Shown: positions 18,437-26,327 of the stretch, piece by piece
How the letters are laid out: the number at the start of each line of letters is the position of its first letter
Numbering within the stretch: position 1 is the first letter of the stretch
Assembly: GCA_029856125.1 (NCBI GenBank)
Contig: JAHQWJ010000147.1
Coordinates: 1-64,000, forward strand
Direction of reading: 5' to 3'
DNA: 64,000 bases
Source of the DNA: Promethearchaeia archaeon
Lineage (GTDB): Archaea; Asgardarchaeota; Lokiarchaeia; Sigyniarchaeales; SOKP01
The notes under the pieces: generated by a model
The model's database searches: none
The model's input: only the letters and a program-made list of their open reading frames with translations
What the model was told of the DNA's origin: nothing
Made by a program: the position numbers and the translations under genes

Positions 18437-20809
18437 ATGGTTGACTGCAAATTTTGTGAATCCCAAAACATTTCTTTTACTTGTGAGAAATGCAAGTCAA
18501 GTTTTTGCATTAACCATATGGCTACAACAGAGAGCTGGCTTTGTAGAAAGCATGAGTTACATTATTCTAAGGCGAGTGCTACTGAGAAATTTTATAAATG
18601 TACTGTTATTGAAAATAGTAAATGTCCGGAGTGCGATTCTCTCTTAAGATTAGAAAGATTATCATCGGGTCATTATTATTTAGAGTGCATTGACGATACA
18701 TGCAGTTGGAACTCCTACTTAAAATCTCCCGGCTTATTTTTTCCTACTAAAGAACAGTTAGCTAGGGAAGCTACGAAATATAATTTAATTAAAGGATATA
18801 GGTTAAACTTATGTCGTCGATCTCTCAAAAAGATAGTTGGGAAAGATATTTGTCCAAATTGTTTCATAGAGTTTCTCAAGAGAGCCTCAATTACTAACTT
18901 CTCCACTATTATCGAATCATTCAATCTTACTGCTCAACAAATGGTTAAATTAATTAACCAATACATTGAAGAGGAACGAATTTATGGTATAATTGACCAG
19001 AAGAACCAGATTTTTTACTACATATCCTACGAAATCCGTGAGAAAATTTTATCGAAAATTCAAAACGAAGGTATATTGAAAGTAGCAGATCTGGGAGAAA
19101 TGCTCGATATGAGTTCAGAAGCGGCTATAAAAGTCATTTATAAGTTAATTAGCCAGTTTCAAATCAAAGGCTCGTTTTCTCAAACAAAACAATTCTATTA
19201 CTCCCAAAAATATATAATAGACCATTTAATAGAAGAGATTAATAAAAAGGGAAGGGTTTCGTTAGATAAACTTGCGAAAATATTTGATGTCCCAGGAGAA
19301 TTGACAAAATCTTTTTGCGTCAATCTAATGAGAACAAACGCAATTAATGGATTTTTTGCCGATCGTGGTAATGAAATTATTACTTCTGACCAAATTTATA
19401 AAGAAATTAAAGCTTTTTCAAAAGAAGTAGGTTTATTTGAGCTTTCTAAGCTTGCTACAAAATTAAAAATAGCTATAGAATTAGCAAGAAAAAGTCTTCA
19501 TGAACTCATTAAATCTGGCAAAATTAAAGGGCTTTTCACCCAACGCAGAGAATTCATGACACGTAAATACCTCGAGACGAAAATAAAAGAAATCGCTCGA
19601 GCCTACAGAACGATGCCATTAAGAGAACTTTCGAACAGATTGGGTGTAACTGAATCCAGCATAGAAGAGAATCTTGCTCAACTGATTGGAAGTGGAGATA
19701 TCGATGGTTTTATTGATTTAGGAAAGAGAATGTTTACAGCATACTCGGTACCGCGCACTTCATCAGGAACTTCGCGGCCAAAACAGAAAAAAGCAATTCC
19801 TGTTGACGAGGGAAACATTGAAGTTGTAAGGGATTATGATTTCGAGGGTGGACAAGTACACATGAAAATCGCTGTACGGAATAAAAGCGATATGGCTATC
19901 AATAATGTTAAAGTCCTATTAGATGCGCCAACTAACTTCAAAGTAAAACAACCTTTGATAAGTGTTCCCGTAATTGAAGCTAAGAGTAGTAGGGGAGTAG
20001 ATTTTTATCTTGAGCCCAAAAATTGCGGCACATCAAACATTGGCGGAACTGTTATCTTTAAAGATGCAACGGGTGAAAAACACACTAAACACATAAGAAA
20101 AAAAGAAGTTGCTATAAAATGTCCACTTGTTTGTACCTCAATGAGCACTATAGAGGATTGTCAAGTTGCAATACAAACCTTAGGAAACGATGCTCGGGCA
20201 TTTTTAATTGCTGACTTAGACCCTCGTTTAGCTTATAGGGCTGCGATAAGAACGCTAAAAAACTTTGATACTAGCGCTGTAACATCACACGAGGGTTCTG
20301 ATCCAAAGGGAAATTACGAAGCTGAAGCATGGTTCTGTTCTGAAGCAAAAGTTACTGGCGGGAGAATTATTACACGAATCTATGTATCTGAAACAAGTCA
20401 ATCATTGGAAGTAAGAGTATGGTGTGGAAATCCAGGACAATTAACTGGTTTCTTAGCTAAAATTATAGAAATATTGTTTGAGCAGATAAACATAATCAGA
20501 AAAATCAAATCAGAGGAAAGAGAGAAAACAATAGATGTCATGGCAATTACACAGAACTTAGCTGAAATCAGCGATTATTGTATGCTTAGATGGAAGGCAC
20601 AGAATATAAGAAACAAATTGCATGACACATTTGTACGTTTAAGGAAAATTTTAGGAGATAATGAGGCTATCTTAGGTAGAGTCGAATATTGGCTAACTCA
20701 ATTGAATAAATATGGCAAAGACGATAAAATCAGCGATGAGGATGCCGAAAAACTAGTGAATGATGTAGAAAAAATCAAAAGTGTCATTTCCCGAGCCATA
20801 AAAATGTGA
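18437..20809 (+). CDS. Multidomain protein: Zn fingers + tandem winged-helix/PCI-like repeats + GAE-platform appendage + helical tail
   Basis: CxxC..CxxC..C..H and CPEC..C....C at the N-terminus; about 5 repeats ending in G-x-[IF]-[DST] wings; C-terminal beta-sandwich and alpha/beta platform pattern. Confidence 0.75.
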   Translation: MVDCKFCESQNISFTCEKCKSSFCINHMATTESWLCRKHELHYSKASATEKFYKCTVIENSKCPECDSLLRLERLSSGHYYLECIDDTCSWNSYLKSPGLFFPTKEQLAREATKYNLIKGYRLNLCRRSLKKIVGKDICPNCFIEFLKRASITNFSTIIESFNLTAQQMVKLINQYIEEERIYGIIDQKNQIFYYISYEIREKILSKIQNEGILKVADLGEMLDMSSEAAIKVIYKLISQFQIKGSFSQTKQFYYSQKYIIDHLIEEINKKGRVSLDKLAKIFDVPGELTKSFCVNLMRTNAINGFFADRGNEIITSDQIYKEIKAFSKEVGLFELSKLATKLKIAIELARKSLHELIKSGKIKGLFTQRREFMTRKYLETKIKEIARAYRTMPLRELSNRLGVTESSIEENLAQLIGSGDIDGFIDLGKRMFTAYSVPRTSSGTSRPKQKKAIPVDEGNIEVVRDYDFEGGQVHMKIAVRNKSDMAINNVKVLLDAPTNFKVKQPLISVPVIEAKSSRGVDFYLEPKNCGTSNIGGTVIFKDATGEKHTKHIRKKEVAIKCPLVCTSMSTIEDCQVAIQTLGNDARAFLIADLDPRLAYRAAIRTLKNFDTSAVTSHEGSDPKGNYEAEAWFCSEAKVTGGRIITRIYVSETSQSLEVRVWCGNPGQLTGFLAKIIEILFEQINIIRKIKSEEREKTIDVMAITQNLAEISDYCMLRWKAQNIRNKLHDTFVRLRKILGDNEAILGRVEYWLTQLNKYGKDDKISDEDAEKLVNDVEKIKSVISRAIKM

Positions 20810-20884
20810 TTTTTTGTTCAAAAACATTTATAAGTGTTATCGTGAATTTATATTAATGATAAGTGAGAAGAGTTTTGAATTATT

Positions 20885-21298
20885 ATGCCCATAATTAGTA
20901 TATCTATCAATGAGAGCTTAAAACAATTTATCAATAAACTTGTTTCAAAAAACCAATATGACAACAAATCCAAGCTAATCCGAGATGCTTTATTAAGACT
21001 AATGTCTGATATTGAAGTATCAAGCGTCGAGTCTATTGGGGATGTGGCTTCGATTGAGAAAAGCATTATTGGAAATCTAATTATAATAATGCCCCATGAT
21101 CCGATTGTTCAGAGAAAATTGAACAAAATCGAAAATAAATATATGGAGCAAATTGTTAATAAAAATCAACACTTCCAAGGAGAAAATCTCATATTGTCAA
21201 TTATTTTCGATGGGAACGTCTCAGATTTTCAAAATATCGTAGTCGACATAAATGGGATTAAAGAAATTAAGAACTTCCGTTACTTAATAGTCAATTAA
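20885..21298 (+). CDS. CopG/NikR-like ribbon-helix-helix regulator with C-terminal ACT-like domain
   Basis: IISISINESLKQFINKLV...YDNKSKLIRDAL ribbon-helix-helix signature. Confidence 0.85.
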   Translation: MPIISISINESLKQFINKLVSKNQYDNKSKLIRDALLRLMSDIEVSSVESIGDVASIEKSIIGNLIIIMPHDPIVQRKLNKIENKYMEQIVNKNQHFQGENLILSIIFDGNVSDFQNIVVDINGIKEIKNFRYLIVN

Positions 21299-21460
21299 GC
21301 GTAAAATTAGCTTAAATAAATCTTGTTTTATTCTGCGTAAGGATTAAATAAATTAGTTATATTGAATTTGATACTTAAAACTAATCGGGATTAACTTTAA
21401 TAGATATATCTAATTTAAAACAATATCACATACCATATTATTATTGAAGTATAAAGAAAT

Positions 21461-22561
21461 ATGTCTTATAGAAAATTGCAACAACGGTTGAATACTTTAC
21501 CAATAGGATATCCGGCAACAAAATCAGGTGTAGAGCTTCGAATATTAGAAGCCCTTTTTACTCCTAAAGAAGCAGAGATAGCTGTGAAAATGAGTTTTAT
21601 ACCCGAATCTGTAGAAAAGATTTATAGACGCGTGAAAAAAATAGTAGCATCTAAAGACGAATTAAGGGAAATCTTAGATAAAATGTACCACAATGGGGCA
21701 ATAAACTTACAGAGAACCAATCAAGGTAATGGAGAAGAAATTCGATATCATTTAGCATTTTTAGCAGTAGGAATGTACGAATATCAAGTCGGTACGCTTA
21801 CTAAAGATTTTTATGAGGATATTGAGGATTATTTTGATGAAGCTTACCGGGATGAAGTTATAAGTACAAAGATTAATCAATTAAGGACAATACCCATTGA
21901 AGAAAGCGTCACACCCGAACATAATATAGCTACTTTCGACGAATTAAATGAAATTATAAGGAAAACTAGAAAGATTGCAGTTATGGAATGTATCTGTCAG
22001 AAAGGTAAAGAGCTTATAAACAAACCGTGTAAACAAACTGATATGAGAGAACATTGCTTCGCATTAAACAATTCTGCCCAACATGTTGTAGATCTTAACA
22101 ATGGTAAGTTTGTCACTAACGACGAAGCCCTACTCATTCTTAAAAGAGCTCAGGAAGAAGGACTAATCCTCCAACCAGGCAACGCTTTAGATCCAAATTT
22201 CATTTGTTGCTGCTGTGGATGTTGTTGCGATTTAATAACTAATATAAAAAAACTTGATCGCCCTTGGGAATTGTTTCATTCAAACTTTATCGCAAGTGTT
22301 GATTCTGATTTATGTATTGGTTGCGAATCCTGTTTGAATAGATGTCAAATGGATGCTATTGAAATGGTCGAAAATATAGCAACTGTGAACCAAAATCTAT
22401 GTATAGGATGCGGTAATTGCGTCGTCACTTGTTCAGAAGAAGCCATAACTCTCGAGAAGAAAGAGAAAGAGCTGATTCCACCCAATACTACAAAGGACTT
22501 ATTTCTGAAAATAATGGATAAGAAAGCAGAATTAAGACGAAAAGAAAAAGGAGTGTTATAA
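21461..22561 (+). CDS. 4Fe-4S dicluster ferredoxin-domain protein with N-terminal HTH-like region
   Basis: Two CxxCxxCxxxC motifs, plus CxC and ICCCCGCCC clusters. Confidence 0.88.
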   Translation: MSYRKLQQRLNTLPIGYPATKSGVELRILEALFTPKEAEIAVKMSFIPESVEKIYRRVKKIVASKDELREILDKMYHNGAINLQRTNQGNGEEIRYHLAFLAVGMYEYQVGTLTKDFYEDIEDYFDEAYRDEVISTKINQLRTIPIEESVTPEHNIATFDELNEIIRKTRKIAVMECICQKGKELINKPCKQTDMREHCFALNNSAQHVVDLNNGKFVTNDEALLILKRAQEEGLILQPGNALDPNFICCCCGCCCDLITNIKKLDRPWELFHSNFIASVDSDLCIGCESCLNRCQMDAIEMVENIATVNQNLCIGCGNCVVTCSEEAITLEKKEKELIPPNTTKDLFLKIMDKKAELRRKEKGVL

Positions 22562-22576
22562 AATTTTAGGTGTTGA

Positions 22577-22942
22577 ATGATGGGAAAAGGAAAGTATGGG
22601 AAAGGATATGATAAGAAAAATCAAGCTTCAAAAGGCTCTGGTTCTAAAGGTGGAGGCGCACCAATTCGTGGAGGTAAGATCAAAGCCAGTCACATTTTAG
22701 TTGATAAATTTAGTAAAGCTCAAGAGCTTTCTGAAGACATTCAAGCCGGAGAGAACTTTGAAAATTTAGCGAGGCAATTTTCTACGTGTTCGAGCAAGAA
22801 AAAAGGCGGAAATTTAGGAGAATTTGCCAAAGGGGATATGGTAGCTGAATTTTGGTCCGCTTGTGCAAAATTGAAGATCAACGAAATATCTCAACCCGTT
22901 AAATCTAAATTTGGATATCATATTATTAAAAGAACGGGGTAA
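22577..22942 (+). CDS. Parvulin-type peptidyl-prolyl isomerase with Gly/Lys-rich N-terminal extension
   Basis: KASHILV, FENLARQFS, GGNLG, PVKSKFGYHII. Confidence 0.93.
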   Translation: MMGKGKYGKGYDKKNQASKGSGSKGGGAPIRGGKIKASHILVDKFSKAQELSEDIQAGENFENLARQFSTCSSKKKGGNLGEFAKGDMVAEFWSACAKLKINEISQPVKSKFGYHIIKRTG

Positions 22943-22951
22943 AAGATTAAA

Positions 22952-23024
22952 TAGCCCAGCACGGATTCGAACCGTGGTTGCAGGGTTCAGGGCCCCGAGT
23001 GCTTGACCGCTACACCACTGGGCT
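22952..23024 (-). tRNA. tRNA-Gln(CUG)
   Basis: AGCCCAG/CTGGGCT acceptor stem (A1-U72), anticodon arm CGGGG-CCCTGAA-CCCTG, T arm CACGG-TTCGAAT-CCGTG; C at position 33. Confidence 0.93.
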
Positions 23025-23196
23025 TTAAAAAGATTATTAATTAATAGAATATAGTTAGTATTATCTAAAAAATCTTTTTCTTTTGAATTAAGGCTAATCC
23101 AAAAAGTCTACTAAAGGTTAATAATCTAATTTGTTAAAAAAAAAATATCTTTGAATTGAGATAGATTTTTATTAGAGTATTACCTTATGAATTATT

Positions 23197-23366
23197 GGAT
23201 TACACTAGGTTTACAAGGAGGATTTAAAAAAAAAAAACTTGTTTTTTTTTAATGCTCTTATGAGTATTAAAAACCCGTGAAATTACGCGTTTTCTGCGTA
23301 TTTTGGGAAACTGAAAAAACAAAACCCCGTAAACTAAAAGTAATTCTTTATCCTCCGGTGTAATCC
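23197..23366 (+). ncRNA. Candidate structured non-coding RNA of unknown family
   Basis: Closing helices GGATTACACT/GGTGTAATCC and GGAGGAT/ATCCTCC, two internal hairpins, a potential pseudoknot GGTTTAC/GTAAACT, G-U pairs favouring the + strand, and a T-tract immediately 3'. Confidence 0.55.
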
Positions 23367-23400
23367 TCTTTTTTTTAGAAAGATAATTAGAGAGATTTCT

Positions 23401-24609
23401 CTAATCAGTGTTATAAAGGGAAAAAATCTCTTGAAAATACTTATCCGACATACCCGCGATAAAATCTCGGGCTATTAATTTAAGGTTTCCATTTTGCTTA
23501 TTTGGTTCAAAATAAGTAGTATATTTTTCATCATCAATATATTCTATGTGGTCGATAAAAATAGGAGCTTTAAAATTTTCTTCCTCTAAATCTCGGAGAG
23601 AATTTTCAAAAATTAGGTTAAATTTCTTTGTTAGATTTTCCATGTAGGAAATTTTGGAATCATCGGTTTTATGCATATCTCTTCGACTATATATATTATC
23701 ATAATTAAATCTTTTTAATTCTTTAAACGCTTCAAAAATGTCTTCACTATATCCGATAAAATCGTTATGTAAACTTGTGTTCAATAAATCCATGATAAGT
23801 GCTTTCATGATTTTCCGATTAGTATCGCCAAGTACATTTTTACAACTATTTGGTATATCTGATCTTTTAATTATTTTTAATAGAATTGCGTCTTCAATAT
23901 CTCGGCCAATATAGGCTACAGAATCCGCAAATCTTACTGCGATGCCTTCGAAAGACATAGGTATTCTTTTAATTTGATTAGCGTTGAAACTTTCTTTATA
24001 TTCTTTAAAGTGATCTTCCCAACTCTTTCCGTTTATTGTAGCTGGCTTCAACTCTCTCTCGTTAACTTCGCCATCGTGACATAGAACGCCATCTAGCACT
24101 TGAAGGGTCAGATTTAATCCTTTTGCAGGTTTGTCAGGAAATCTTTTTTCAAGAAAAGATAACCACCTTATCCCTTGAGCATTATGATTAAAAACACCCA
24201 TATGATTTTTCAAACTTATATCATTTAATATAGCTTCACCTAAGTGCCCAAAAGGAGAATGTCCTACATCATGACTTAAAGCAATCGCTTCTATTAGATC
24301 AGTATTAAATTTCAAAATTCGTCCTATTTGACGCGCAATTCTGGCTACTAAAATAACATGTAAAGAACGATGAGTAATATTTGCGTTATTAATGCCAAAA
24401 AATACTTGAGTTTTATCTATATAGCGAGCGTAAGCTTTACTGTGAACAATTCGATCAACATCTCGAAAGAAGGCAGGCCTGATATCAATAGCGGATTCTT
24501 CATCTTCTTCGTAATATCTTACTGCTTGTGAATCAGATATAGCTAAACTTCCGATATCTGAATCCCGCCTCATATGGAGAGTATAAATTTTAAGATTTTT
24601 AGGATCCAC
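23401..24609 (-). CDS. HD-domain dNTP triphosphohydrolase (dGTPase-like)
   Basis: FRD.DRI.HS, KTQV, THRSLH, EAIALSHDVGHSPFGHLGE, RFADSVAY..DIED, DFIAGMSD. Confidence 0.9.
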   Translation of the reverse strand: MDPKNLKIYTLHMRRDSDIGSLAISDSQAVRYYEEDEESAIDIRPAFFRDVDRIVHSKAYARYIDKTQVFFGINNANITHRSLHVILVARIARQIGRILKFNTDLIEAIALSHDVGHSPFGHLGEAILNDISLKNHMGVFNHNAQGIRWLSFLEKRFPDKPAKGLNLTLQVLDGVLCHDGEVNERELKPATINGKSWEDHFKEYKESFNANQIKRIPMSFEGIAVRFADSVAYIGRDIEDAILLKIIKRSDIPNSCKNVLGDTNRKIMKALIMDLLNTSLHNDFIGYSEDIFEAFKELKRFNYDNIYSRRDMHKTDDSKISYMENLTKKFNLIFENSLRDLEEENFKAPIFIDHIEYIDDEKYTTYFEPNKQNGNLKLIARDFIAGMSDKYFQEIFSLYNTD

Positions 24610-24650
24610 GTATTAACTCACTTACTTATATTAGGATTAATAGCCAATGA

Positions 24651-25601
24651 TCATACACTCCCAAATTTAATATCTATGGCGTCGTAAGGACATTTTTCCT
24701 TGCATTCTAGACAAAGATTACATTCCCCCTTCCCTGTAAAGAAATCAAACGGCTCATCTAATATTCGTATTTGCTTCGGACACACATCCTCACAAATACC
24801 GCATTCCGACCGCCCTACACACTTAACGGGATTACGCGCCAGTTTTAAAAAGGAGTACTCTGAAACTGCCGAAGAAACCGCAGCAAATGGGCAAATATAC
24901 CTGCAGTATATTCTTGGATACCAAACTGACAATACAATAATCGATAGGTAAAAAAATAAGATTAAATAACCTCCAAAATCGAGCGCACCAAATTGTGCTG
25001 GAAGAAAGATGTTCTGGACTAAATTTGGGAAATAAACGAAGATAAATTCCGAAAGAGAGAAAAATCCAATAGGTTGGTCAGCGAAAGTACCTAATTGGGC
25101 TTTAAAATCGATGTAAAACAAAATATTTGCATTTTTAGTGATCCCTAAAGGAAAGATAATGATAATCGTAATAATTATGAACACATACTTTATGTTTAAC
25201 AGAGTCTTATGAGTTTGTATCTTAAATTTCTTTTTTTTAGTAGGGATCGCAGCACAAGCATCTTGAATCGAACCTATAGGACATATCCAGCCGCAAAAGA
25301 ATCGATTCGAGAATAATAAAACCAATAATAAAACTGCGATAAGGAAAAAAGGAAAAACTCCTTCTGCCATGGAAAAAAAGATATATTCTAAAATTCCTCC
25401 ACCTTTAGATAACGGATTTCTTGGTGAATTTAAAATAGGTAAAACTTTACTAAATCCTTCTAAACTTAATAAATTAATTGGTAAAATAGCCTCGAGAATA
25501 ATGTAATTAATAATTAAAAAAGCTAAAATCTGAATAATCCTTCGGGAGATAGTTATCGAGTTTTCCCTTATTTTTAACTTTTTAAATCTCAAAGATATCA
25601 C
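24651..25601 (-). CDS. Membrane 4Fe-4S binding protein (NapH/MauN/YccM-like)
   Basis: RFFCGWICP.G, RIYCRYICP and two C-terminal ferredoxin motifs. Confidence 0.85.
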   Translation of the reverse strand: MISLRFKKLKIRENSITISRRIIQILAFLIINYIILEAILPINLLSLEGFSKVLPILNSPRNPLSKGGGILEYIFFSMAEGVFPFFLIAVLLLVLLFSNRFFCGWICPIGSIQDACAAIPTKKKKFKIQTHKTLLNIKYVFIIITIIIIFPLGITKNANILFYIDFKAQLGTFADQPIGFFSLSEFIFVYFPNLVQNIFLPAQFGALDFGGYLILFFYLSIIVLSVWYPRIYCRYICPFAAVSSAVSEYSFLKLARNPVKCVGRSECGICEDVCPKQIRILDEPFDFFTGKGECNLCLECKEKCPYDAIDIKFGSV

Positions 25602-25753
25602 TTGTTCAATTTTAAATTAATAAATAATTGCTGGTTAAAAAAATTGATCTTCCTAAATGAGATGTGTGGATTTTCTATTTTCTAAAAAAAGAGTTTCATC
25701 ACCTAGAATTTTTTATAGTAAATTAGAAATAAAAAAAAATAGTGGAAATCCAT

Positions 25754-26188
25754 TTATGCTTTTTTAATTTTACTAAACGACTTCTTATATTCTTCTGGGT
25801 TTCCGCCATCATTGAGATAATTAACATATACTTTTAGACTTTTTAAAAATAGGTCTCCTGCCATTTCCATGATGGATCGTTGATCCTCCAACTCAAATTC
25901 AGCCCATAATGTGACAATAGTAGAATCGCCTTTATCTTCGAAAATATATCCCATTTTTTGCATCGGACTACCCTCTTGAAGGGATGTCATTTTTTCATGA
26001 GGTATGTTTTCTATTTCAGTGTTTGTTACATCTCCTACATTCGTTTTCAGGAAGTATTTTTTAGGTTCAAGCTGTGTGCATTCTGTTACAACTATATTCC
26101 ATTTAGGTAAAGCTAAGTAATCGTTAAGAATTTCGTAAATCTTCTCTACAGGTGAATCCATTTCTACTTTTAATTCGATTTCCGGCAT
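25754..26188 (-). CDS. SRPBCC / polyketide cyclase-like protein
   Basis: DSPVEKIYEIL.DY..LPKW pattern with a C-terminal amphipathic helix. Confidence 0.75.
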   Translation of the reverse strand: MPEIELKVEMDSPVEKIYEILNDYLALPKWNIVVTECTQLEPKKYFLKTNVGDVTNTEIENIPHEKMTSLQEGSPMQKMGYIFEDKGDSTIVTLWAEFELEDQRSIMEMAGDLFLKSLKVYVNYLNDGGNPEEYKKSFSKIKKA

Positions 26189-26327
26189 AAAATCAACTCT
26201 TTTGAAAATTAACTAATATTAGTGTATACTTATATTTTTCTAAAAATATAAATTAGGGCAATTCCCGGTGAATTTTTCACGAGTTGATAACAATCAAATA
26301 TAAAATGAGAAAATTATTTATTAGATA

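Noticed and set aside
22200-22230. CCCCGCCC cysteine run as a novelty
   Set aside because: It is a variant of the ICNCCGCCC motif common in this ferredoxin-domain family.
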